Shown piece after piece: positions 18,012 to 27,712 of a stretch of 64,000 bases of DNA (positions are counted from its first letter, which is position 1; every line of letters starts with the position of its first letter). This stretch comes from a bacterium (GTDB taxonomy: Bacteria; UBA8248). Location: NCBI GenBank assembly GCA_965221165.1, contig CBDCRP010000002.1:1417728-1481727 (forward strand), read 5' to 3'. The position numbers and the translations under genes were made by a program. The notes beneath the pieces are model-generated. The model saw nothing but the letters and a program-made list of their open reading frames with translations, made no database searches and was not told where the DNA came from.

Positions 18012-19202
18012 TTGGACTGGAAAAATTTCGAATTCGCATATGACTATAAAACCGCTGGTCTCATGAGTACCATTGTTTCCATAGAAGCGTCCAAAGAAGC
18101 AGCCATGACACTCGTCCTTCCTCCTGAGTGGAGAGAAACGCTGAACAAGCTCAACCGCATTCGCGCCATTCACGGCACTACTGCAATTGAGGGAAATCCC
18201 CTTTCAGAAGCTGAAGTCTCACAACAAATCGAGGCTCAGGAGCAATCCACCGATCATCAGGATGCAACGCAACTCAGCAAGGAGCAGATTCAGATCAGAA
18301 ACGCCGGTGCTGCGCAAACGTGGGTTCAAGAGAGGTTTAAACCTCACAGCGACCCTTTCACTCTCTCTGACATTTTAAACATGCACGAAATGATCACCGA
18401 GAATGCCGACATGACGGATAACACGCCCGGAAACCTTAGAGCTTTTTCGGTTACCGTCGGAAGCCCATCTCTGGGAGGCGTTCACAGAGGAGCACCACAT
18501 GAGCAATTACCAGACTTAATGAGTAAATATCTTGAGTTCTTGAGATCCCGCAAAATGGAGGCGGAACACCCCGCCATTCGAGCATTGCTGGCGCATTTTT
18601 TCCTGGTAACGATCCACCCCTTTGGTGATGGTAACGGCAGAACATCTCGCCTGGTGGAAGCGGGAATCTTGTTCCAGGAGGGGTATAACGTTCACGGATT
18701 CTACGGACTATCGAATTATTTCTATCGCCATGACGATGAATATAAAAGGCTTCTTCAAAAGTGTAGAGAAGAACAACCCTTTGATGTTACCCCGTTCATT
18801 ACCTTTGGCTTACAGGGCTTTATGGAGGAATTGAAAGGAATCAACAATTTCATCAAGACGAAGCTGAATCGAATCGTCTATCGAAACATGCTGGTGCAAG
18901 CGCGCAATAAGAAGATATCCGAAAGGAGACATTTGATTAACGACAGGGAATACAATCTCCTTGATTTTTTAATCACAGAAACCGAACCCATCGATCCATT
19001 CTCCGAGCAACCCTCAAGGGTGATTGGCGCTACGGAATTGATCGGATCTCCCTATATTCTAGGAGCATACAGGAACGTAACCACGAGGACTCTCATCAGA
19101 GAATTGCTCCGACTTGAGCAATTTGGCTTTATCAAAGTCACGGATACACCACCTAATGACCTGAAAATTGAACTGGACTTTGACGCGATAGGGAAATACT
19201 AA
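18012..19202 (+). CDS. Fic-family protein (class II-like) with C-terminal wHTH-like region
   Basis: Active-site motif HPFGDGNGRTSR; N-terminal inhibitory motif TTAIEGN; lower GC than the flanks. Confidence 0.93.
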   Translation: MDWKNFEFAYDYKTAGLMSTIVSIEASKEAAMTLVLPPEWRETLNKLNRIRAIHGTTAIEGNPLSEAEVSQQIEAQEQSTDHQDATQLSKEQIQIRNAGAAQTWVQERFKPHSDPFTLSDILNMHEMITENADMTDNTPGNLRAFSVTVGSPSLGGVHRGAPHEQLPDLMSKYLEFLRSRKMEAEHPAIRALLAHFFLVTIHPFGDGNGRTSRLVEAGILFQEGYNVHGFYGLSNYFYRHDDEYKRLLQKCREEQPFDVTPFITFGLQGFMEELKGINNFIKTKLNRIVYRNMLVQARNKKISERRHLINDREYNLLDFLITETEPIDPFSEQPSRVIGATELIGSPYILGAYRNVTTRTLIRELLRLEQFGFIKVTDTPPNDLKIELDFDAIGKY

Positions 19203-19229
19203 TTTGTGCCCCATTCGAGGACCTCCCCC

Positions 19230-19709
19230 TCACGGCAACGGCTCGTCCTTGAGCCAGCGGGCGAGGGCTTTTTCGGGGTCGGCGATCTCCTCGATCGCGG
19301 CATACCAGTAGGCCTCCCAGCCCACCTCGGGCAGGCCGGTGAAAATCATGAGGTTCAGGGGATAGCTCTCACAATCGGTCGAGCGCCTGAAATCGTCGCG
19401 GAACAAGAAGACGGGCTTTCTCCAGGCGACGGCCATGCCGAGTTCCACCATCACGCCCTCATCGGGCGGACAGCCGTTGACCACGCCGAAAAAGCCCGCC
19501 GCCTCGCGCACGTCGCGCATATCGTCCTGGCCCACGCGGTACGCCCAGCCGGGACTCGCGAGCCGCTCGGGCTGGTTGTTGCGCGTGAACGGTTCCCACA
19601 CCTCGGCGCCCTCGGCTTCTAACGCCGCCACGAGCGCCTTCAAGGGCCCCTCGCGCTGCTGCAAGGAAAATCCATAAGGACTCGCCAGATACAGGGTCTT
19701 ATCCGCCAT
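19230..19709 (-). CDS. nucleoside 2-deoxyribosyltransferase family protein
   Basis: Motifs YLASPYGF, DEGVMVELGMA and NLM. Confidence 0.88.
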   Translation of the reverse strand: MADKTLYLASPYGFSLQQREGPLKALVAALEAEGAEVWEPFTRNNQPERLASPGWAYRVGQDDMRDVREAAGFFGVVNGCPPDEGVMVELGMAVAWRKPVFLFRDDFRRSTDCESYPLNLMIFTGLPEVGWEAYWYAAIEEIADPEKALARWLKDEPLP

Positions 19710-19869
19710 GCTCACCCCCTCTCCTCTGTCATTCACCTCGCGCCGTCGATAAGGGAGCGCGCGGCATACTCCCACACGATGAGAGGGGTCGTCCAGCGCA
19801 GGCCCGGCCACTCCCGAGCCGCCGGTCCATCCTCCGCGCCACTCCTCGAGCACAAGTGGGCGTTCAGCC

Positions 19870-21024
19870 TCATTTCACGTTCTCGCCGAAGACGGCGAAG
19901 GCCAGCCCTGCGCACAGCGCCAGGCCAGCGGCGACGTGGAGCAGCGTCACGAACCCCCATATCGGGAGCAGCCAGCCCGCCGTGAGCGCGCCGAGCGTGG
20001 AGCCGACCCCCCAGGTGGCGGCGCTATAGAGGGATTGGGCCGTGTTCTTCGTCGCCGCGCTGCTCAGGCGGTCGACGTACTGAATCGCGCCCGCGTGGAA
20101 GACGCCGAAGGCGACGCCGTGCAGGAGCTGAATGAGGATGAGCAGAAAAGCGTCCGTCGTGAGGGCGACGAACTCCCACCTCAGGCCTGCGGCCATCATG
20201 CCGACGGCTATCATCCACTTGAGGCCGAACCTCGTCTGGATGGCCTGCGCGTAGATGAGAAAGACTATCTCGCTCACCACGCCCACCGTCCACGCCAGGG
20301 CGATCAGGTCCGCCGACATGCCCAATTCTTTAAGCCTGATGCTGAAATAAATCCCAAAGGGCCCTGCGGACATCGCGGCGAACGTGGTGGTGAGGAGGAA
20401 AACGGCGAGCGGGCTGCTTCGGAGCAAGAGACTCAGGTCGGCCCGGAAGCGCGGTCGCGCGCGGCCCGTCTCTCTCGGCAGATGAAAGATCACGAAAATG
20501 AGCAGAAGGCCCACGCACGCCACAAACGGAAAGATGGAGGCGACCCCGGTGGTCTCGACCAGACGGCCCGCGCCCATGGCCGCGACGATGAAGCCCAGCG
20601 ACCCCCACAGGCGCACCCGGCCGTACTGCGCGCCCGTGGCCTCGATCTCGCGCAGGCAAAGATTCTCGGCTATCGGCACGAGGGGGGCTCTGAGCGCGGC
20701 GAAGAGCGTGATCAATGTGAGCAGGGCGAGAAATCCGTTCGCCCCCCACAGGAGGAGCGCGAGCAAAGAACTCGCGACGGCGCACGTGAAGGCCACGCTG
20801 CGGCCCAAGCGGAATTTGTCCGCGAGCGCTCCGAACAGGGGCGGAGCGAGCGCGCTCGAGAGGCGGGGCGCTGCGTTCAGCAGGCCGAGCTGGAACCCGC
20901 TCACGCCCACGGAATGATAAAAGATGTTCAGGAACGGGAGCATGACGCCCACGGCGAAAAAATGCAGGAAATAAAACGCGGGCATCCGCCAGAAGGGGAC
21001 TGCGCCGGGGGCTTGCGCGCTCAT
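19870..21024 (-). CDS. MFS transporter (HcaT/PPP-like)
   Basis: About 12 TM segments; YGRVRLWGSLGF and QLLHG. Confidence 0.9.
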   Translation of the reverse strand: MSAQAPGAVPFWRMPAFYFLHFFAVGVMLPFLNIFYHSVGVSGFQLGLLNAAPRLSSALAPPLFGALADKFRLGRSVAFTCAVASSLLALLLWGANGFLALLTLITLFAALRAPLVPIAENLCLREIEATGAQYGRVRLWGSLGFIVAAMGAGRLVETTGVASIFPFVACVGLLLIFVIFHLPRETGRARPRFRADLSLLLRSSPLAVFLLTTTFAAMSAGPFGIYFSIRLKELGMSADLIALAWTVGVVSEIVFLIYAQAIQTRFGLKWMIAVGMMAAGLRWEFVALTTDAFLLILIQLLHGVAFGVFHAGAIQYVDRLSSAATKNTAQSLYSAATWGVGSTLGALTAGWLLPIWGFVTLLHVAAGLALCAGLAFAVFGENVK

Positions 21025-21324
21025 GGGCGCGCACGGTGAAAACGGAGCATCGAGACCTCTTCACCCGGGCGGGAAAGCCCCATTCGACCACGATGTGAAA
21101 ATGATTTCCACCCGCGCGGCGGCTTCCTAATTCGGCATGGTTTTGTTATCCTCCTCGCCCGATGGGTTATTTTGTTCCGAACCTTAAGATCAAGCGCGGG
21201 GCGGACCGAAATTCGGGGGTCGCACCAGCGAATCCAAAATCGACGAAAAGCGAGAAACCTCCATGGAGGGGGGAAATTCGCGTGACCTTTTTACCTCATC
21301 GGCAATTCTATCAGGAGCGAAATC

Positions 21325-22353
21325 ATGAACACGAACGACCTGGCGAAAATCGCCAACCAGATGGTGGCGCCTGGCAAAGGCATCCTCGCGGCGGACGAAA
21401 GTTCGGGTACGATTCAAAAGCGCCTCGACAGCATAGGCGTCGAATCCACCGAGGAGAACCGACGCGCCTATCGTGAGCTTCTCTTCACGACGGAGGGAAT
21501 TGAGGAATACATTAGCGGCGTCATCCTGTTCGATGAAACACTGCGCCAGAGCACGGCGGATGGAACGAATTTCGGCGCGCTGCTCGCTTCGCGCGGCATC
21601 CTCCCCGGCATCAAGGTGGACATGGGAGCGAAGGATCTGGCTTTCGCACCGGGTGAGAAAGTCACCGAGGGTCTCGACGGCCTGCGCGAACGGCTGGCGG
21701 AATACGTCTTCCTGGGCGCTGCGTTCACCAAATGGCGCGCCGTCATCACCATCGGCGAGAGAATCCCCTCGGCGTATTGCATCGAGGCCAACGCGCACGG
21801 TCTCGCGCGCTACGCCGCGCTCTCCCAGGAAGCGGGCCTCGTGCCCATCGTGGAGCCCGAGGTGCTCATGGACGCGGACAACACCATCGAGGTCTGCGAG
21901 GAGGTGACGAACGAAACGCTCGAGAGCGTCTTCCACGCCTTACACCAGCATCGCGTTTCGCTCGAGGGCATGATCCTGAAACCCAACATGGTGATCTCGG
22001 GCAAAAAATGCCCGACCCAGGCGGGCGTGCAGGAAGTGGCCGAGGCCACGGTGCGCGCTCTCACGAGAAACGTGCCCGCCGCCGTGCACGGCATCTGCTT
22101 CCTCTCGGGCGGGCAGAGCGACGCCGTCGCCACCGCGCACTTAAATGCGATGAACGCGATGGGCCCCCACCCCTGGGAGCTCAGCTTCTCCTACGGACGC
22201 GCGCTGCAGGCGCCGGCGCTCAAGGGCTGGGGCGGCGAGGCGGCGAACGTATCCCTCGCCCAGAGACTCTTCCTGCATCGCTGCAAGTGCAACGGCGCCG
22301 CGCGCACGGGAGCGTATGAGGACGCGATGGAAGAAGAAGCCGCCGCCGCGTAG
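21325..22353 (+). CDS. fba: class I fructose-bisphosphate aldolase
   Basis: Motifs GKGILAADES, GIKVD, KWRAV, IVEPEV, LKPNMV and FSYGRALQ. Confidence 0.97.
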   Translation: MNTNDLAKIANQMVAPGKGILAADESSGTIQKRLDSIGVESTEENRRAYRELLFTTEGIEEYISGVILFDETLRQSTADGTNFGALLASRGILPGIKVDMGAKDLAFAPGEKVTEGLDGLRERLAEYVFLGAAFTKWRAVITIGERIPSAYCIEANAHGLARYAALSQEAGLVPIVEPEVLMDADNTIEVCEEVTNETLESVFHALHQHRVSLEGMILKPNMVISGKKCPTQAGVQEVAEATVRALTRNVPAAVHGICFLSGGQSDAVATAHLNAMNAMGPHPWELSFSYGRALQAPALKGWGGEAANVSLAQRLFLHRCKCNGAARTGAYEDAMEEEAAAA

Positions 22354-22391
22354 CCGGGTAAGCGATCGCCCACCAAGGAGTTGGAGAGAGA

Positions 22392-23432
22392 ATGCAGCAG
22401 GAAGCCATCACCATCGGCAGCACAAGCTTCAGGGGAATGACGCTCGAGCGCCACATTCGCGAGGAGGAGAGAAACCACCCGGGCGCGCGGGGTCTCTTCA
22501 CCCGCCTCGTCACGCAGATCACCCTGGCCGCCAAGATCATCAACGCCGAGGTCAACAAGGCGGGCCTCGTGGACATCTTCGGGCTGACCGGCGAAGTCAA
22601 CGTGCAGGGCGAGGAAGTCCAGAAACTCGATGAATACGCCAACGAGGTGATGAGAAAGGCCCTCGACCACACCGGCTCGGTGGCCGCCCTAGCGAGCGAG
22701 GAGATGGAGGACGTCTACACCGTCCCCGGCGAATACATCGAGGGTGGCGAATACGTGGTGCTCTACGACCCGCTGGACGGCTCCTCGAACATCGACGTGA
22801 ACGTGAGCATCGGCTCGATTTTCTCCATCCTGCGCCGCAAGAGCGATAGCGGCCCCACGGCGCTCGACGACTTTCTCCAGCCGGGTCTATCCCAGGTTTG
22901 CGCGGGCTACGTCATCTACGGTTCATCCACCATGCTGGTCTACACCACCGGCAACGGCGTCGACGGCTTCACGCTCGACCCCTCGGTGGGCGAGTTCTTC
23001 CTCTCCCATCCCAACATCCAGATTCCCGAACGGGGGAAGATATACAGCATCAACGAGGGCAATTCCTCGAAATGGGACGAACCCACCTCCCGTTACGTCG
23101 CATACCTGAAAGAAGAAGACGCCGAATCGGGCCGCCCCTATTCGGGGCGCTACATCGGCTCGCTGGTGGCCGATTTCCACAGAAACCTCCTCAAGGGCGG
23201 CATCTTCCTCTATCCGGGCGACAAGAAAAACCCCAACGGCAAGCTGCGCCTCCTCTACGAGTGCAACCCCATGTCCTTCATCGCGGAACAAGCCGGCGGA
23301 GCAGCAAGCGACGGCCACCGCAGGGTGATGGAAATCCAGCCCGAAAAGCTGCACCAGCGCATTCCTTTCATCGTCGGAAGCAAGCGCGACGTCGCCGACG
23401 CCACCCGCTTCATTTCCAGAGGAGAGGATTAA
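22392..23432 (+). CDS. fbp: class 1 fructose-1,6-bisphosphatase
   Basis: Motifs DPLDGSSN, RYIGSLVAD and GKLRLLYE. Confidence 0.97.
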   Translation: MQQEAITIGSTSFRGMTLERHIREEERNHPGARGLFTRLVTQITLAAKIINAEVNKAGLVDIFGLTGEVNVQGEEVQKLDEYANEVMRKALDHTGSVAALASEEMEDVYTVPGEYIEGGEYVVLYDPLDGSSNIDVNVSIGSIFSILRRKSDSGPTALDDFLQPGLSQVCAGYVIYGSSTMLVYTTGNGVDGFTLDPSVGEFFLSHPNIQIPERGKIYSINEGNSSKWDEPTSRYVAYLKEEDAESGRPYSGRYIGSLVADFHRNLLKGGIFLYPGDKKNPNGKLRLLYECNPMSFIAEQAGGAASDGHRRVMEIQPEKLHQRIPFIVGSKRDVADATRFISRGED

Positions 23433-24332
23433 ATGCAGACCCATCGCTTCGCTTTTTTATTCCTCGTCATCTTTGTGCTCACCGGCTGCGTGGGCATCGA
23501 AGACTATGAGCGAAAAACGGATGAAGCCGCGGGCCTCAGGGGCGAAATCGCAAAGACCGAGGACCAGGTCAAGGAACTTCGCGTCAAGATCGAAGAACTC
23601 GAAGGGCAAATCAAACAAAAAGACCTGGAAAACCAGGAGCTCAGCCAGTCCCTCACCATGGCCAGGCGCCACAGCCAACAGACAGAGACGCGCGTGGCCG
23701 ACCTGCGCGCGCAGATGACTTCCCAGCAATCGCAACAAACCGAGAGCGCCAAGAAAGCCATACGTTTCGAGCGCGCATACAAAGCCGGCCTCAAGCGGGT
23801 TCGCGAGCTTCAGAAAAACCTCGTCGCCATGCATAAGAAACTCCTGCGCTTCGAGGATCGGATTCGTTTCCAGATTCAGCTCGAAAAAGACATGAAAGCC
23901 CAGTTGGAAAGAGAACGCCGCCGCGGAATCGTGGAGGTGCGCCGCGCGGGCGACCGGGTCGTGATCAGCATCGCGAGCGCCATCCTCTTCAAGTCGGGAA
24001 GCGCCAAAGTCCGCTCCGAGAGCAAGGCCCTGCTCGTGAAGTTCTCAAGCCTCCTGCGCCGCTACGCGAACCGCGAGGTGCAGGTGCAGGGGCATACCGA
24101 CAACGTGCAGATATCCAACAGGCTGGCGGAGCGCTGGGAGACGAACTGGGAGCTTTCCGCCGCGCGCGCCACGCGGGTGCTGCGCTACTTCGTCGAGGTG
24201 GGAAACCTCGACCCGCGCAGGGTCTCGGGGGCGGGGATGGGCGAGTACCGTCCTATCGCCGACAACGATACGCGCGATGGCCGTCGGACGAACCGACGAA
24301 TCGAAATCGTCATCTTTCCTCCCGATTCCTAA
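23433..24332 (+). CDS. coiled-coil lipoprotein with OmpA/MotB peptidoglycan-binding domain
   Basis: Lipobox LTGC, heptad-rich middle region, GHTDN, NWELSAARA and NRRIEI. Confidence 0.9.
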   Translation: MQTHRFAFLFLVIFVLTGCVGIEDYERKTDEAAGLRGEIAKTEDQVKELRVKIEELEGQIKQKDLENQELSQSLTMARRHSQQTETRVADLRAQMTSQQSQQTESAKKAIRFERAYKAGLKRVRELQKNLVAMHKKLLRFEDRIRFQIQLEKDMKAQLERERRRGIVEVRRAGDRVVISIASAILFKSGSAKVRSESKALLVKFSSLLRRYANREVQVQGHTDNVQISNRLAERWETNWELSAARATRVLRYFVEVGNLDPRRVSGAGMGEYRPIADNDTRDGRRTNRRIEIVIFPPDS

Positions 24333-24375
24333 GAGGCGAGCACTCTCTCGCCGCGACCCGAGAAAGGACTTTTTC

Positions 24376-25038
24376 TTGATCCTCGAGCGGATACCCGTCG
24401 GCCCGTTTCAGATGAACAGCTACGTCTTGGGTTGTGAAGAAACGAAAGAGGGCGCCTACATCGACCCGGGCGCGGAGGTGGAGCGCGTCATCGCGGTCGC
24501 GCGTGAGCACGGCCTCACCCTCACCAAGATCATCGGCACCCACGCGCACCTGGATCACGCCGAGGGCGTCGCCGAAGCGAAGGAAAAGCTCAGGGTTCCC
24601 TACTGGCTCCACGAGGCGGAACTGTTCAACCTGCGCAACATGCCGAACGCGGCGCGCGGCTACGGGTTCCCCGAACCGCCAGTTCCCGAGGTGGACGCGC
24701 ATCTCGCGCCGGGCGAGACGATTTCGGTCGGAAACCTGGAATTCGAGATCAGGCTCACCGACGGGCACGCCCCCGGCAACGTCACCCTGTACCGGCCGGG
24801 GGACGGGACGGAGGCGGGGCACGCCATCGTGGGCGACGCGCTGTTTGCGGGATCGATCGGACGAACCGACCTCTACATGGGCGATGCGAACGTACTGTTG
24901 AATAGCATCCGCACGCAACTGCTCACCCTCCCGCCCGAGACCATGGTGCACCCGGGCCACGGGCCTGAGACCACCATCGGCCACGAGAAATCCACCAACC
25001 CCTTCTGCCGGCCCGGAGCCGAAAAATTTCTGGCTTAA
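24376..25038 (+). CDS. MBL-fold metallo-hydrolase (glyoxalase II-like)
   Basis: Motifs THAHLDH, GHAPG, GDALFAGSIGRTD and PGHG; probable TTG start. Confidence 0.92.
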   Translation: MILERIPVGPFQMNSYVLGCEETKEGAYIDPGAEVERVIAVAREHGLTLTKIIGTHAHLDHAEGVAEAKEKLRVPYWLHEAELFNLRNMPNAARGYGFPEPPVPEVDAHLAPGETISVGNLEFEIRLTDGHAPGNVTLYRPGDGTEAGHAIVGDALFAGSIGRTDLYMGDANVLLNSIRTQLLTLPPETMVHPGHGPETTIGHEKSTNPFCRPGAEKFLA

Positions 25039-25079
25039 GCCCGGACGCCCCCCAGGCACATCCCCATCTCGGAGGCGGG

Positions 25080-25583
25080 GTGAAATTCTGCGTCTCCTGC
25101 GGAAGCCCGCTCGTCTATCGCCCGTGGACGGAGGGAGACGACACCATGCAGCTTTGCTGCAGCGCGGCCTCTTGCAACCACGTCCATTTCCTGGACCCCA
25201 AGGTGGCGGCGGGCGTCGTCGCGACCATCGAGGGGCGCGCGGTGCTCGTGCGGCGCGCCCACAACCCCGGCAAGGGGCTTTGGACCTTCCCGGGCGGTTT
25301 CGTGAACAGGGGCGAGGTGGTCTCCGCCGCCGCCGCGCGCGAGGCGAAAGAAGAGGCGGGAATCGAGGTGGCGGTGGATTCTCTCCTGGGGGTGTACTCG
25401 TTCGAGGAAAATCCCACCGTGCTCATCGTCTACACGGGGGCCGTGACGGGCGGCGCACCTCGCGCCCTGGCGGAAACCATCGAGGTCAAGCTCGTCTCGC
25501 CCGATGCGATCGACTTCAGTGAACTCGCCTTCGACACTACGCGCGCCGCCATGCATGACTGGCAAACGAGGATGGGGAGGTGA
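25080..25583 (+). CDS. NUDIX hydrolase with N-terminal zinc ribbon
   Basis: FCVSCG and a second Cys pair; Nudix box PGGFVNRGE...AAREAKEEAG. Confidence 0.92.
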   Translation: MKFCVSCGSPLVYRPWTEGDDTMQLCCSAASCNHVHFLDPKVAAGVVATIEGRAVLVRRAHNPGKGLWTFPGGFVNRGEVVSAAAAREAKEEAGIEVAVDSLLGVYSFEENPTVLIVYTGAVTGGAPRALAETIEVKLVSPDAIDFSELAFDTTRAAMHDWQTRMGR

Positions 25584-25815
25584 ATTGGGGCGCACTACCA
25601 CCCAAAGCATGCCTGTCGCAACACCCAACAAATTCTCGCAAGCAGCCTCTTGGCTTTCCTTATGAAGCTCTCATATTTATGAGCGCGCCGCTGTTCCCAT
25701 CACGCGGGTGATCTTATAATCACACCTTCCATTTTCGAGGATTTTTAAGTATTTTCGATCCAAGGGGGAGACAGCGAGGTACCTCTGACCCGCCTTTTTT
25801 TGTATTAGGAGATGA

Positions 25816-26496
25816 TTGATGATTCTATCTGATGAAACGCTCGCTCGGCTCAGAGAAATAGACACGCCCACAGTGTCGAACGCCGTGGAATCCTTCGGTG
25901 TGCGGCCGAGAACCCTAGGCCACACTGACGCGAGCGTGAAGTGCATGTTCCCCGAGATGGGTGTGGCGCTGGGCTACGCCGTGACGTTCACGACCAGCGA
26001 ATACGCGCCGGGCGAGGAGCGCTCGCACACCTCGCGCATAGCGCTATATGAGGCTGTGGCGGCAGCACCCAAGCCCTGCGTTCTGGTGCAGCAGGACGTC
26101 GGCCCTAAACCCCTCTCCGCGTGCCTTTGGGGGGAGATCATGTCGAACCTGTTCTCGCGCCTGGGAGCCGAGGGCGTGGTGACGAACGGGGTGGTGCGCG
26201 ACTTGGAAGCCATGTGCGAGGCGGGCTTTAAGACCTGGTGCGCGGGCATGACGGTCTCGCGCGGCGACGTGCGCGTGGTGGCGGTGAACACGCCTGTATC
26301 AGTCGGCGGGATGGCCGTGGTTCCGGGCGATCTGATCCACGCGGACGGCGGCGGCGCGCTCGTGGTGCCCAAAAACGTCGCGGCAGACGTCCCTGAAACC
26401 GCAGAACGCGTGCTGGCCAAGGAAGCGGAGTTGCTCTCCGCCATCCGCGCGGATGATTTCAGCCTGGAGGATTTGGTGCGGAGGTTTTATTCGTAG
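25816..26496 (+). CDS. RraA/HMG-aldolase family protein
   Basis: Motifs TPTVSNA, WGEIM, GVVRD and PGDLIHAD. Confidence 0.9.
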   Translation: MMILSDETLARLREIDTPTVSNAVESFGVRPRTLGHTDASVKCMFPEMGVALGYAVTFTTSEYAPGEERSHTSRIALYEAVAAAPKPCVLVQQDVGPKPLSACLWGEIMSNLFSRLGAEGVVTNGVVRDLEAMCEAGFKTWCAGMTVSRGDVRVVAVNTPVSVGGMAVVPGDLIHADGGGALVVPKNVAADVPETAERVLAKEAELLSAIRADDFSLEDLVRRFYS

Positions 26497-26669
26497 GAGG
26501 GGCTTCGAATTTTTTGGGGGGGAGGGTTGGGATGAACATCCGCCTCATCTCACAATGGAATCGGTCTCCAGGCACCCCCCTGCGTCGTCTCCTTCGTCAC
26601 GACGACCTCATCGGTTCATGAAATGTCGACCTTTTGGGGCGATCCCCCCTCCAGAAGGGAAAATTCCGC

Positions 26670-26760
26670 ATAACTCCTTATTTATCAGATATATAAATTT
26701 TCAGATATTTTCCCCTTTTTTCGCTATTTTTCGCCTTTTTTCCCCTTTTTTCGGATATTC
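26670..26760. repeat. dispersed ~90-bp AT-rich element with 10-bp-phased T tracts, copy A
   Basis: ATAACTCCTTATTTATCAGATATATAAATTTTCAGATATTTTCCCCTTTTTTCGCTATTTTTCGCCTTTTTTCCCCTTTTTTCGGATATTC; aligns by eye with 41149-41240. Confidence 0.8.
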
Positions 26761-26829
26761 CGGTCCGTCCCGGCGCGCAGGGAGGGGCCATGATAATGCC
26801 GTGCTCGGCGGGTCCCCCGATGACGGCAA

Positions 26830-27327
26830 ATGTGGGAAAATGCGCGGGTGAGGCTGCACGGCCTCAAACCCGACCGGAGAGGCTCAAACCCGACTGATGA
26901 GGTTTGCGCTTTGCCGACCGGGGAAGGAGGATTTGCGGGTTTCGCCTTCGATCCCCATTCCGGCAGATGGAGTTGGCGGCATTGCGGGATGACGAACGAG
27001 GGCGAAAAACGGGAGGACACAGGGACCCGGCGGGACGGCCGCGCTGCCGGGGCGCGCTGGAAGCTCGGGCCCGCCTTCGACTTGGAGCTGGAGGAGCGGG
27101 GAACGGCATGGACGGATACCCGGGAACCGGATGAGGGGTCTCGTGGCGGAGCGTCCGATTGCCGGGGCAATCCCGTGCGCCCGTTCTGGGTGACGTATCG
27201 CACCGACGAAGGCGAAGAGACCACCTACCTGCGCATCCTCAAGGTGGAGGGCGATTCCATGGCGCCGGAGATTCGCGAGGGCGACCGGATCGTCGGCAAG
27301 GTGTTGTGGGTAGTCAAGCGGGTGTGA
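26830..27327 (+). pseudogene. relic of an S24-peptidase (LexA/CI-type repressor) gene
   Basis: The C-terminus has LKVEGDSMAPEIREGDRI joined directly to VGKVLWVVK, so the segment with the catalytic Lys is missing. No recognisable HTH. Confidence 0.6.
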
Positions 27328-27524
27328 GGAACATACGCCGCCACCGTCGTCCCGAATGATGCTCCTTGGTTCGTGTCCGCCATCCGGTCGGCGCCATGAC
27401 GGTGCGAGCGGCCGGAAGTGTTCCTCCTGATGGATCGCACATCAATGCCTTTCGCCTTTCATCAGTCGTGATTGACCTCATCGGCCGGAAACCGCAATCG
27501 CTCCCTCATCGGTCGCGATTGACC
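26861..27524. repeat. four related 19-20-bp repeats (GGnTCAAWCVCGACYGATGA), two on + and two on -, bracketing the S24 relic
   Basis: + copies at 26861-26880 and 26881-26900; - copies at 27459-27477 and 27506-27524. Confidence 0.7.
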
Positions 27525-27612
27525 CCGCATTTGCCGATGGCCAGGAAATCTTAAGATTGGGTATGGTGCGCGCGGCGCGGAAGAATTCCTCCTTCCTCAG
27601 TCGGAATTCACT

Positions 27613-27643
27613 TTGACACGCACGGCCCGGAATATGGTATGAT
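27613..27643 (+). promoter_or_regulatory. sigma70-type promoter candidate for the cupin gene
   Basis: TTGACA at 27613-27618; TGG-TATGAT extended -10 at 27635-27643; the 19-bp spacer is long. Confidence 0.4.
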
Positions 27644-27712
27644 TCGGCGCGTTGTAAAGGAAACGCCCGCCGGGAGCGGGCGCGGATTCAAACCACGAGA
27701 GGATGCGACGCC

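Noticed and set aside
21325-23432. fba-fbp pair as evidence for a Calvin cycle
   Set aside because: No rubisco or phosphoribulokinase in the window; gluconeogenesis explains the pair.
23433-24332. Flagellar motB call
   Set aside because: It has a lipobox and coiled coil rather than the MotB TM with the conserved Asp, and no motA is adjacent.
26497-26670. Possible tRNA (including selC) or cobalamin riboswitch
   Set aside because: No T-loop GTTCGA, cloverleaf or B12-box on either strand; kept only as an unassigned hairpin.
27440-27480. CTGATGA...GAAA on the minus strand (and CTGAGGAGAAA at about 52031) as hammerhead ribozymes
   Set aside because: No stem II, and no stem III/NUH pairing could be built.
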